From contig OX638149.1 in assembly GCA_951804945.1 (NCBI GenBank), positions 42,284,001 to 42,348,000 on the forward strand: a stretch of DNA of 64,000 nucleotides, given 5' to 3'. A model generated the notes under the pieces. The model was not told the DNA's origin. It did not search any database and saw nothing but the letters and a program-made list of their open reading frames with translations. Below, piece by piece: positions 12,543 to 23,856 of the stretch (position 1 is the first letter of the stretch; every line of letters starts with the position of its first letter). Source of the DNA: Podarcis cretensis. Its lineage: Eukaryota. Both the position numbers and the translations under genes were made by a program.

Positions 12543-12835
12543 ATATTTTTCGCTCTGCAAGTAAGGGGAAAAGTAAAGGGAAATGTGTGTGCGTCTTATG
12601 GAGCGAATGCAGGCTCCATGGCTTCAGCGAAAGCAACGCGAAGCCTCCGGAGCGCAGCGGGAGTGCTTTGCGTTGCTTTCGCTGAAGCCAGGAGAGCAAG
12701 AGGAGGCAGTGCGCACCAACCCCTCTTGCTCTCCTGGCTTCGCTTCGCTGGAGAGGCCCTGCGCAGCTTTCCCTCTCTGCACAGCGCCCCTTCAGCAAAG
12801 TGGAAGGAGAAATGGAAAGGGCTCTGCTTCTCCTG
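12543..12835. mobile_element. Fragment of the Tc2/pogo-like MITE family
   Basis: Contains gtgcgtcttatggagcgaa (also near 3055). Shares the hairpin ggagagcaagaggaggcagtgcgcaccaacccctcttgctctcc with 30710-30752. Confidence 0.6.
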
Positions 12836-12840
12836 CCTTA

Positions 12841-13028
12841 CTAAGTTTGTTCTGAAGAGGCAAGGCGCGGCCGCACAGGTGAGGCCGATTGGTAACTCAT
12901 AGCACCTGGTGGCAAGAGCCAAAGGGAAATGCCATTATATCCCTTCCTGGCTCTTGCCACCAGGTGCTGTGAGTTACCAATTGGCCTCACCTGTGCGGCC
13001 GTGCCTTGCCTCTTGAGAACGAACTTAG
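12841..13028. repeat. Inverted repeat with 80-bp arms and a 28-nt spacer
   Basis: 12841-12920 vs reverse complement of 12949-13028: 75/80 identical. Confidence 0.95.
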
Positions 13029-13279
13029 GAAAGCCCCAGTCCTGCAGAGTCCTACTGTTCACAGGGCCTGGCTCCTACACACACTCCTGACACTATTGTC
13101 TCCATTCCAAAGTTCTTAAACAGGTTTTGCCAGCACTTCATCATCAAGGGGACTCTGCCATATGCACTGGAGATTCCCTTTTTTCTGCTGACTGCCGACT
13201 ATTTATTTATTTATTCATTAGGAAATTGAGCAGAAATTAATGCTTCCTATTATTCGGCACTGTTCTTTTCCCTCCACAG

Positions 13280-13409
13280 ATCGCTTTTCCAAAAATGGTA
13301 GCAAGTTGTTGTCGGTTCCTGTGCTATTTTTGTCGAATCAGTCGCCAGAACCAAAAGGCTATGTTTGAGCATCTAAGCTACTTACTTGAAAACAGCAGTG
13401 TTGGACTTG
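13280..13409 (+). CDS. RYR3: RYR3 exon 5/33 ([43 protein letters not shown])
   Basis: ccacag| and |gtatg; conserved [16 protein letters not shown]. Confidence 0.96.
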
Positions 13410-13639
13410 GTATGTTGTATAATTTTGATAGTCATTCACCTACAGTTGCCATATCACAAGTTTAACTTATGGCCTTTTAGCTTTTGATTGTGCTACGATC
13501 TTGGTTTGGCAGTTGTTTTTTATATGCGAATAGTTGACTTTCATCTAAACTGCATTTAACTACTGCCCTCTGCTGCATACGAATCATAACTGCAAACCAA
13601 TTATTTTAATTACTGTGCATTATCATGTCTTTGCTACAG

Positions 13640-13743
13640 CTTCTCCTTCAATGAGGGGTTCCACTCCACTTGATGTAGCAGCTGCCTCAGTAATGGACAA
13701 TAATGAGCTTGCACTGGCGCTGGAGGAGCCAGACCTTGAGAAA
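13640..13743 (+). CDS. RYR3: RYR3 exon 6/33 ([35 protein letters not shown])
   Basis: ctacag| and |gtaat; in frame with neighbours. Confidence 0.96.
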
Positions 13744-14371
13744 GTAATCACTCACTGTCTTAATTTCTTCTTCTTCTGGTCCCCTTGTTTTGTCGTCAGT
13801 CACGCCATGTATTACTTAACGAGGCTTAGTTTTCACTTGACATATATTTTTAACTTTTATTATATGACTACAGTCCTTTCACTCTTAAGTAGAATAGTAA
13901 GCAGAAGGTAAAAATAAAATAAAATAAATCTTGAGTTCTCTCATTTATGAATTGTTCTCAATATATTAAAGATATGAAAGATACTTTTTTTTAAAAAAGT
14001 ATGGTGGTGCAGGGCCATGGAGCCACATTCCTGATACAGGTGGCATTGCTACATCTTACCAGAACACAGCAGGAGCAGGGCTACCTGGATACACCTGTGC
14101 AAGCACCGAGTCTTCTAGGGTATAGCTTCAGCCCCAAACTTGCTGCTGCCCCACCCCATTTTCATCCAGGTAGGATGCAGAGTCAGGAGGGCAACTTGGC
14201 TGTTCAGCTTCACCACACTGGCCACTAACGTGTGTAAAATAAATAAGCAACTGCCCTACCTAAAAGTGAGCTACTGGGAAGCCTTCGGAAAGTGTTGGGA
14301 GCAGCTTTCATGATCAGAGTGAGGCCAGGCTATGAGCAGGACTGATTGTTACCTCAAGCCCTGATTGTTAC

Positions 14372-14429
14372 CTCAAGCATTTGGTCAGGGACACTAGTGT
14401 TTGCGAGTGTCCTTGACTGAATGCTTGAG
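14372..14429 (+). repeat. 24-bp stem / 10-nt loop hairpin, overlapping an 18-bp tandem duplication (14342-14378)
   Basis: ctcaagcatttggtcagggacact pairs fully with agtgtccttgactgaatgcttgag, including 3 G-U pairs. Confidence 0.85.
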
Positions 14430-14894
14430 ACATCTATATTTCTGTCATTGTTGATCACCTCTTTGGGGGTGAATACATCTGGATTCAGTGCCACCCCACT
14501 GAAGGACTAGTGTTGCCAGAGCTAATCTTCTCTTGGGCAATATAAAAATACCACAAGTGTTTTTCAGACTTCTTGGTATCGTATCCTCTCCTGCCAATAA
14601 TCAGTTTTGTGCCAGTTAGAAAAAAATCCATGTATGAAAAATAGTTTCTTTCTGCAAACAGATCCTTTCTTTTCTCAATTAAGAGTGGTAATCGCCAGTA
14701 AAATTACCGTATTTTTTGCACCATAACACTCAATTTTTTCCTCCTAGAAAGTAAGGGGAAATGTCTGGTAACTGTTCCACTCCTCCTACTCTTTCCAAAG
14801 ATTTGCACATAGATTTTAAAAATTGAATCACCTTGTACTTTTAATTCATTGGAATAAACCTCCTGTAGATATTACCAGTGTTTGTGTTTGGCAG

Positions 14895-15030
14895 GTTGTA
14901 ACGTACTTGGCAGGCTGTGGTCTTCAGAGCTGCCCCATGCTTTTAGCAACAGGATATCCTGACATTGGTTGGAATCCAATAGAGGGTGAACGATATCTGT
15001 CATTCTTAAGATTTGCTGTTTTTGTTAATG
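14895..15030 (+). CDS. RYR3: RYR3 exon 7/33 ([45 protein letters not shown])
   Basis: tggcag| and |gtaag; 136 nt. Confidence 0.96.
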
Positions 15031-15909
15031 GTAAGTTTAGTTACTGGATTGACAAATATGTGAAAATGCATATTTAACTATGACTGAATCTCATGAGTTG
15101 CTATCTCAGGAAAACAAACCACAAGCTTCATTCACAAAATCATAAGCTATTTTAACTGTAGGTTTTGGTTTTGGTCATTTGCTTTTATTCAAATTTTATT
15201 TGTTTTTATGCAGATTTACAGGTTTGAACTATAATTCCATTTTTTTTTTCATTTTGGCTTTGTAAATTTTTGTCATGCCCTTCAATACTAACATTCCAAG
15301 GACAGCCAATGTTATTTAGGATAACAACAACACTGATCAAATGAGTAGCAGCAGATAAAATACACCAATATCCCCACAATATGTTTATTGAAGCATAAAA
15401 TCCACTCCATCGTACTTTAAAATAACAAAGGCTTTACCTGATGCTGGAAAGACACCAGGTATGCCTCTATGGGAAGAATATTCCAGATAAGGGCCTCTGT
15501 GAGGAAGAAACTCCTTTCCCCAGCTGTTACCTGTGCTAAGCCAAACAGCAGAGGCACTAGGAAGAAGGCCTCTGGTGATGGCCTCTGATTGTGGTTCCAT
15601 TATTTGAGGCTGAGGCTTTTCCTAAGATCAGTGCCTTAGTTACCACACAGAACGGCTCATTCAGATTTCCTCTCCAATCTTTCCTACTGAGTTCTATCTT
15701 GGAGAACCAAAATTTTGATACCAGAAGAAAATAACTAAACCAAATCTGAATCAAAGATCTGAAATCTGAATGGTTAATTCTCTACACAAAATTTGGATTT
15801 TGGGGTGTGCGTGCGTGCATGTTCTTTTAAAAATAATGTATAGCCTTCACACAGCATTACTGTTTGGTTTTATTATTCATGTCAGTAAAATTTGCTTTTT
15901 TGTTTTTAG

Positions 15910-16090
15910 GTGAAAGTGTAGAGGAAAATGCCAGTGTTGTTGTCAAGCTTCTAATTCGACGTCCCGAATGTTTTGGGCCAGCTCTGAGAGGAGAAGGAGG
16001 AAATGGTTTGTTGGCTGCTATGCAAGGAGCAATTAAGATATCTGAGAACCCAGCTCTTGATCTTCCCTCTCAGGGATATAAGAGGGAACT
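15910..16090 (+). CDS. RYR3: RYR3 exon 8/33 ([31 protein letters not shown]...GYKRE)
   Basis: ttttag| and |gtacgt; phase 2 end joins the next exon. Confidence 0.95.
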
Positions 16091-17500
16091 GTACGTGGAT
16101 ATACACAATACTTGACATTATTTTGGAATATGCCATTCAAAGTCTGCCTTGATGATGTGTCAGTTACAATAACATACCATACGGTAGAAAAGGACACTTA
16201 GCAATTGCTCTCACTTCTGTAACCATGTAGAAATACTTGGCATAATCAGATGGTAAAACAAAACAATGGATGTATTGCCTAGAAATCTTGCTTCGCTAGA
16301 AGTATGGACATATATCTTTATATAACTGCAATACATACTGTTAGAGGCACAATTTCTTTCCAGTACTGCTGACCTGACCCTTCCATGAAGTAATTTGGTA
16401 CTGGATATTATTTCTTAATACTAATGAACATGCACCCATATAATGCTTTGAATTGCTTTGTTTGTTGAATTTGAGATTTCAGAAACAAAGTGTTAGGTAT
16501 ACTTAGGGTTATTATGTACAATGTTAATCCTCCTCACAGTAGACCCATTGGAAACAATAGACATGACTAATTTAGGGCCAGTAATTTCAGGGGGTGTACT
16601 CTGAACAGTCCCTGATCAACTAAGTAAAAGTTAGTCGAAATACAACCCTTACAGATACTTTATTTACATTTATTGTCTCAATATGCTCTTCATCACACTG
16701 CGTGCTTCTGAGCCAAAAATGGGAATATAAATAAACAATAACTCAAATCAGCAGGACTCCAGCTCACTTGCGCAGCCTCCTTTATCTACTGTTTGAGCTC
16801 AGTAATGCTCCCTGAAGACCAGGGAATCCTCATGCCAGAGTCATGTGAAATGAGCTACTTTGAGAAGGGGTGTTTTAGAGTGAAGGAAGAAGTGGAAGAG
16901 AGGGAGGTGCACAACCATTCCCCAGTTGTTGCTTCTCTGTTCCAAATTAGGAATTCTTCCTGTTAGGGAGCCATTTGCTTTTCTCCATGGGTTTTCAAAC
17001 ACATAGTTATGCTTGTGTTTGTGGAGAGGGGCTGGAGCAGATTAGGAAAGGGAGAGGAAAGAGGAAAGCGCACACCATTCTCCACCCTGAATAGCTTCCT
17101 CTCACAGCATTCAATCTTTCTCTGCTGGGATTCCAATACATGCATTTGCATGTAGCATTTAGTCCATCTGGATTCAGGGAGTATATATACCCACTCTAGT
17201 TGGCTGCTGTGCATTCCATCCTGGGTGCCAGCCAATAGACACGCTGCCCACAGGGGAATCGGGTGGAGTTCATTCTAGGGTTTGTTTTGGGGTGAAAGCT
17301 CGAAAGAAAGAAAAAAAAGAAGGCATTTCTTTTAGTACCATCTTGCTTTGGGTTCACACTAGGAGACAGAAAAACAAACCAGCCATTATTCCCTGCTTAG
17401 TTGAAGCTGGGTTTTTCTTTTAATTCTTGTTGTTATTGCTATTTTAGTTTCCAGATCACTTTGGATTTTATCCATGCCTGCTTGATTTCTTTTTTAACAG

Positions 17501-17609
17501 TCTTGAAGAAGATGAAGAGGAGGAGGAGGTTGTGCATATGGGCAATGCAATTATGTCTTTCTACTCAGCTCTTATAGATTTGCTTGGGCGTTGTGCACCA
17601 GAATTGCAT
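17501..17609 (+). CDS. RYR3: RYR3 exon 9/33 ([36 protein letters not shown])
   Basis: taacag| and |gtaagt; 109 nt. Confidence 0.95.
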
Positions 17610-17810
17610 GTAAGTGGGGGGGGGGTTCTTTGTGCAGAAGCAGCAAAAGGTCACACGGCACACTTCAAGCTCCAAATATTATCAAGCAACCTGAGTCACT
17701 TTCTTACATCATTATCATCAGTATAAATAATCTCTGTTTACTAAAATGACAATTTAAACTAAGATAAAACTATCCATTAAAATTTTCAAATGGAAGGCCA
17801 GAATAGTATA

Positions 17811-18155
17811 CACTGGTGCCCCGCAAGACGAATGCCTTGCAAGACGGAAAACCCGCTAGACGAAAGGGTTTTCCGTTTTGGAGGCGCTTCGCAAAACGAA
17901 TTTCCTATGGGCTTGCTTCGCAAGACGAAAATGTCTTGCGAGTTCCTGCGGGTTTTTTCCCCCTTCCCCCCCTTTTTCTAAGCCGCTAAGCCGCTTATCT
18001 GCTTATCCGCTAAGCCGATAAGCCGCTAAAAGCCGCTAATAGCGCTAATAGCGCTAATCCGCTAAGCCGTCAGTGGGCTTGCTTCGCAAGACGAAAAAAC
18101 CGCTAGACGAAGAGAATCGCGGAACAGATTAATTTCGTCTTGCGAGGCACCACTG
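17811..18155. mobile_element. Tc1/mariner MITE with internal GCAAGACGAA and AAGCCGCT repeats; family shared with 31388-31693
   Basis: TA|cactggtgccccgcaagacgaa...ttcgtcttgcgaggcaccactg|TA. Confidence 0.85.
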
Positions 18156-18190
18156 TATTTTTGCTGAGAGGGCTCCCTCCTGCACTGAAA

Positions 18191-18517
18191 TAGGGCTTGC
18201 CGATTGAAAGGTCGGCGGTTGGAATCCCCGCGGCGGGGTGCGCTCCCGCTGCTCGGTCCCAGCGCCTGCCAACCTAGCAGTTCGAAAGCACCCCCGGGTG
18301 CAAGTAGATAAATAGGGACCGCTTACCAGCGGGAAGGTAAACGGCGTTTCCGTGTGCGGCTCTGGCTCGCCAGAGCAGCAATGTCACGCTGGCCACGTGA
18401 CCCGGAAGTGTCTCCGGACAGCGCTGGCCCCTGGCCTCTTAAGTGAGATGGGCGCACAACCCCAGAGTCTGTCAAGACTGGCCCGTACGGGCAGGGGTAC
18501 CTTTACCTTTACCTTTA
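18191..18517 (+). mobile_element. Sauria SINE, 5'-truncated, with a distinct 3' body
   Basis: tagggcttgccgattgaaaggtcggcggttggaatccccgc...gtgcaagtagataaatagg...acctttacctttaccttta. Confidence 0.88.
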
Positions 18518-18801
18518 TGATACTCTTAAATAAAGTAAAGAGGAACTAGAGTATTATAAGAATATTTAGCCAATTTTATATAGTACTTTATTTATGCAAT
18601 ATTTATATTTATGTAGTACAAGTATTTATTAAAAAGGAAGACTATTTATCCCATAGAATGACCCTTTAAGTAGCAATATTTAAACAGTTTGTATATGTAG
18701 AAAAAGAGTCCATAGTTTTGCAGTTATTTACATTTTTAAAAGAGAGAGAGAAGTTAAAGAGAATATTGCCTCTGTTAATTGAATTTTGTGTAAAAATTCA
18801 G

Positions 18802-18922
18802 CTCATCCAAACTGGAAAAGGTGAAGCTATTAGAATACGTTCCATCCTGCGTTCCTTGGTGCCAACTGAAGATTTGGTTGGGATTATAAGCATACCTCTA
18901 AAATTGCCAGCAGTAAATAAAG
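18802..18922 (+). CDS. RYR3: RYR3 exon 10/33 (LIQTGKGEAIRIRSILRSLVPTEDLVGIISIPLKLPAVNK)
   Basis: attcag| and |gtaagg; 121 nt. Confidence 0.95.
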
Positions 18923-19127
18923 GTAAGGCATTTTTAAAAGTGTTGGGTAAATACCACTCAGTCAATTTCTGTGTATGCCATCTTTCCACAGAATTTGTTT
19001 TCAGTGCAGCTTACAATGATTAAAAAATAGAATAAGCAATTCAGTATTAAAGACAGTAATGCATAGCAAACCCCCCCCCCAAAAAAAACGAACTATATCA
19101 GTATATCAGCTACTTCATTAACAATTC

Positions 19128-19443
19128 AGACATCTTCAAATATCTCAAGGGCTGTCATGTGGAAGAGGGAACAAACTTGTTTTCTCCTGGTCTCAAACCA
19201 ATGGCTTCAAGTTACAAGAAAGAAGATTCTGAGTAAGCATCAACAAGAACTTTCTGACAGTAAGAGCTGTTGAGCAAGTGGTACAGACTCCTATAAGAGG
19301 TGGTGGACCGCCTTGGAGGTTTCTAAGCAGAAGTTGGATGCCCATCTATGATTGATGCTGTTCCTGAGATTCCTGCATTGCAGGGGGTTGGGCTAGATGA
19401 CTGCTGGGGTCCCTTCCAACTCTACAATTATATAATTCTATGA
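19128..19443 (+). mobile_element. CR1 LINE 3' end
   Basis: tcttcaaatatctcaagggctgtcat...ggtcccttccaactct...attctatga, the CR1 terminal hairpin and octamer tail. Confidence 0.85.
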
Positions 19444-19448
19444 CCAAC

Positions 19449-20639
19449 TGGATTTAGAAGAGCCAGAGGAACCAGAGACCAAATTGCAAACATGCGCTGG
19501 ATTATGGAGAAAGCTAGAGAGTTCCAGAAAGACATTTACTTCTGCTTCATTGACTATGCAAAAGCCTTTGACTGTGTCGACCATGGCAAACTATGGCAAG
19601 TTCTTAAAGAAATGGGAGTGCCTGATCACCTCATCTATCTCCTGAGAAATCTCTATGTGGGACAAGAAGCTACAGTTAGAACTGGATATGGAACAACTGA
19701 CTGGTTCAAAATTGGGAAAGGAGTACGACAAGGCTGCATTTTGTCTCCCTGCTTATTTAACTTATATGCAGAATTCATCATGCGAAAGGCTGGGCTGGAT
19801 GAATCCCTAGCCGGAATTAAGATTGCCGGAAGAAATATCAACAACCTTAGATATGCAGATGACACAACCTTGATGGCAGAAAGTGAGGAGGAATTAAAGA
19901 ACCTTTTATTGAGGGTGAAAGAGGAGAGTGCAAAATATGGTCTGAAGCTCAACATCAAAAAAACGAAGATCATGGCTACTGGTCCCATCACCTCCTGGCA
20001 AATAGAAGGGGAAGAAATGGAGGCAGTGAGAGATTTTACTTTCTTGGGCTCCATGATCACTGCAGATGGTGACAGCAGCCATGAAATTAAAAGACGCCTG
20101 CTTCTTGGGAGAAGGGCAATGACAGGCCTAGACAGCATCTTGAGAAGTAGAGACATCACCTTGCCAACAAAGGTCCGTATAGTTAAAGCTATGGTTTTCC
20201 CAGTAGTGATGTATGGAAGTGAGAGCTGGACCATAAAGAAGGCTGATCGCCGAAGAATTGATGCTTTTGAATTATGGTGCTGGAGGAGACTCTTGAGAGT
20301 CCCATGGACTGCAAGAAGATCAAACCTCTCCATTCTGAAGGAAATCAGTCCTGAGTGCTCACTGGAAGGACAGATTGTGAAGCTGAGGCTCCAGTACTTT
20401 GGCCACCTCATGAGAAGAGAAGACTCCCTGGAGAAGACCCTGATGTTGGGAAAGATGGAGGGCACAAGGAGAAGGGGGCGACAGAGGACGAGATGGTTGG
20501 ATAGTGTTTTCGAGGTTACCAGCATGAGTCTGACCAAGCTGCGGGGGGCAGTGGAGGACAGGAGTGCCTGGCGTTCTCTGGTCCATGGGGTCACGAAGAG
20601 TCGGACACGACTAAACGACTAAACAACAACAACAACAAC
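19449..20639 (+). mobile_element. Bov-B (RTE clade) LINE, 5'-truncated, uninterrupted RT C-terminal ORF 19492..20622
   Basis: FIDYAKAFDCVDH, GVRQGCILSPCLFNLY, NLRYADD, VHGVTKSRTRLND; (CAA)n tail; 9-bp TSD atgaccaac at 19440-19448 and 20640-20648. Confidence 0.96.
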
Positions 20640-20654
20640 ATGACCAACCAATCC

Positions 20655-22110
20655 TCTGCTATTATACAAGGGGCAGTACTCCATCTTCTATAATCAGCTG
20701 CAATAGAACCAGTCCCTACAGAGGAATGCTTCTTTGGCATCTATTCAATCTTCTTTGTGGCACCCAAAAAACATGGTGTTTCATGGAAAACCCATTCTGG
20801 ACCTAAAATTTCTGAACCAATGGGTACGGTAACCTACAGGAAATTCAGAATGGAAAGTCTTCCATCTATCAAAGAAAATCTCCAAACCTACTCACATCAA
20901 TAGATTTCTCTTCTCAAAGCTTACTTCTAGGTAACCTCAGCCAATCAACTAGTCCACTTGCGGCCCCTACTGGAAACCTCCAGAGGCCTAGTTTCTTTCT
21001 CTCTGGAATGTGTGGAAAAGATCCGCTGAGGTTCTGACTTTCAGAAAATCCAGTATAGTGGATTTCATGTTTATGGCAAGGGTTCTAGCTCTGGGCATCT
21101 GAGTAGTGCATAACACTCCGTTTGCAAAGCACCATGCCCATCATCTCCAATGGGCTCTATTGCCTACCAGAAAGATTGCATCGAGCAACACACCTGCACA
21201 TCAAACTGCCCCACCACCTCTGCCAAGCCTTGAGATAATGGGCAGTGATCCAGCCTGTAGAGGGCTCTCCTTTTTGTGATCATCCGAGAACAATGATCAC
21301 CTTAGATGCCAGCCTCACAGGGTGGGAAGCTCACTGTGGAGAGCTAAACATCCAGGGCCTATGGTCTCCCACCAAAGTGTCAATGAGCATCAATTGGCTC
21401 GAGCTCTTAACAGCTCCCTTGCCCTACAACACTTTGCTCCTCATCTCCAACTCAGCAACATCCTAATCTGCATGGATTCCACCATAGCAATACCCAACAT
21501 CAGCAAACAAGGAGGTACCCAATTTTGGCAGCTTAAGGCAGAAGCATCCCTCTTCCTCAGCTGGGCAGAACACAGCGTCCAGTCAGTCACAGCCAAGCAC
21601 ATCTCCAGTCTCCTAAACATGCAAACAGACTGACTAAGCCTCAGGAAAATGGACCAAGTGGAACGGCAACTGTATCTGGCAGTTTTTCAACAGCTTCTGT
21701 CAAAGTTTGACCAATGCCAGGTGTACCTCTTTGCCTCAGGCAGGAATCATAACCTCCCAGATTCCAGTCACCATCAGTGGAGACATGGGATGCCCTCTTC
21801 TCACCATAGCCACCAGGTCTTCTCTATGCTTTCACTTCACTTCCCATCATTCCAACAGTCCATTGAAAGATCAGGGAAGAGCATGTGAGAGTCCTCCTTT
21901 TCACACCATTCTGGCCTCGCAGACCTTGGTTCCCTCAGATATGCCACCTGTCAGTCTCCCTTCTGTGGCACTTGCCTCACACAACAGAACTCTATCAGGG
22001 CCCAATTCTTCATCTGGATCCCAGGTGGCTCCAGCTGACTGTGTGGAGTTTGAACGGTGGCACCTAACCAAGCTGGACTTACCTGCAGATGTCATTGATA
22101 CACTCCAGAG
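20655..22110 (+). mobile_element. Degenerate DIRS1-like retrotransposon fragment (RT, RNase H, MT-like region)
   Basis: Frame-broken peptides AAIEPVP..GIYSIFFVAPKK, ILDLKFLNQW, KFRMES, ITLDASLTGW, INWLEL, ISKQGGT, LFASGRN, PFWPRRPWF. Confidence 0.85.
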
Positions 22111-22388
22111 CAATCAGGGCTCAATACTTTCATGCAAGAGGCGGGGAGAACTTACCAACCATTTTCTCTTCCTCCCATGGTGTCTCACAGACTCCCACCC
22201 TGTTTCTTAAAATTTGAAGTGCTGCACCACTTCCAAAGTAATTCAGATTGCTGTGTCCTGTTGTATTTTAAAGGTTTTAGAATATGACCATGAAAACCAG
22301 CAGACCTGGGATACTTTGATTTGAGTATGTGAATAGTCATATAAAGCTAAAATTGTATGAACAATAACATAATTGGATTTCTTTTCAG

Positions 22389-22558
22389 ATGGAACTGTTA
22401 CAGAACCAGACATGTCTGCAAGTTTCTGCCCTGACCATAAGGCACCCATGGTACTTTTTCTAGATCGTGTCTATGGTATAAAGGACCAAAGCTTCCTTCT
22501 CCACCTCCTGGAAGTTGGATTTTTACCAGATTTAAGAGCAAGTGCCTCATTGGATACA
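22389..22558 (+). CDS. RYR3: RYR3 exon 11/33 ([30 protein letters not shown]...ASASLDT)
   Basis: tttcag| and |gtgagt; 170 nt. Confidence 0.96.
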
Positions 22559-23635
22559 GTGAGTATTTTGTTACTACCTTAATCTACAACTGTACTCATA
22601 GAGATGCATAATGTAAAATTTTGTTGTTCATTGACGTTATAAAATACAGCCAACAAACAAACAAAAATACTAAATCTTAAAGTTTTATGTTCTTAGCTCT
22701 CTTTTGATGATGCTACAATCAATGAATAACACAAGACTGGTGCCATAAATTCACAAATTCCTGTGTGTTCTTATAAAATATTTTCACCTTATGGGAATTG
22801 AGGGAGAATGCAACCAAGCATTCAACAAAACAAAACCTCTTCTTAGTTTTGTTTTCTGTAGGATAAAACATTTCTGCATATGGAATTGAAAAACAATCAC
22901 AGCTTAATTGTTGTTACCTGAGCGAAACCCAGAAAATTTATTCTTCTATTAAATCTACAACAGGCCAGTGTAGACAAAATATTAAACGTGGTCAAGGAAT
23001 CATAAACAAGGCTGATGACTACACGCTTCTTCATTGCTCAAGCAGAAATTCTGCCCAGTGTCATTAAGCATGGTTTCATCTTAGACCTACATCCAAATTA
23101 AGCATGGTTCATGCTAACAAGGATTTACAACCAGAGTCAGATCTTGGGTTAGGAGTGATACTGTGTAAATGGAAATATAAGACTTAATATATTCAGAGTT
23201 AGAGACTTGGCAGGTAAGGAAGATGTAATATATAAAAATATAGAATATATAAATACTAGAACTATCTCTGTTGATGTAGGGATCTGTAAAGTTTTAGGCC
23301 GCACAGAGAATTTTGTCAGGTAGAATAGAAAAGATGAATGAAGAGTGTAGTTTTAGTTCTAATGACACACTTATGCCCCATCAAGATGAATACAAACTTC
23401 TAGACATGTACTGTTGCCTTCCAGATGCTTGAAAACCCTCTTTTTTCAGTCTAGGCAGGTTGGAATGACTGGAGTTTTATCCAGCCCTTGGACTGCTGCT
23501 GTACATGGTTAGGTTCACCTTGGTGTGATTCTAAGTTGCACAAGCCACCAGTGAAGTCATATGCACAAAACTGAAACAGACTATATATACATTGACCAAG
23601 CAGTAATATGTATACATTATATGTCCTTTATGCAG

Positions 23636-23856
23636 GTTTCTTTGAGTACTACAGAGACAGCTCTTGCTCTAAATAGATATATTTGTACAGCTGTGTTTCC
23701 ATTACTCACACGGTGTGCTTCTCTCTTTTCGGGGACTGAGCATTATGTCTCTCTGATTGATTCCACACTTCATACCATGTATCGACTATCCAAAGGACGC
23801 TCTCTTACCAAAGCACAGAGAGACACCATTGAAGAATGTTTACTTGCTATCTGCCA
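23636..23856 (+). CDS. RYR3: RYR3 exon 12/33 ([24 protein letters not shown]...IEECLLAIC)
   Basis: atgcag| and |gtaagt; 221 nt. Confidence 0.96.

Noticed and set aside
12211-13062. Cluster of overlapping ORFs up to 195 aa, two sharing KFVLKRQG.AAQVRPIGNS
   Set aside because: They arise from GC-rich MITE sequence and the inverted repeat read on opposite strands; no splice or homology support.
17811-18155. Regularly recurring GCAAGACGAA words resembling a CRISPR array
   Set aside because: The repeats are ~10 bp, irregularly spaced and enclosed by TIRs with a TA TSD in a vertebrate intron, so this is a MITE.
19653-20594. 313-aa antisense ORF
   Set aside because: It is the reverse-strand shadow of the Bov-B RT ORF and has no independent evidence.
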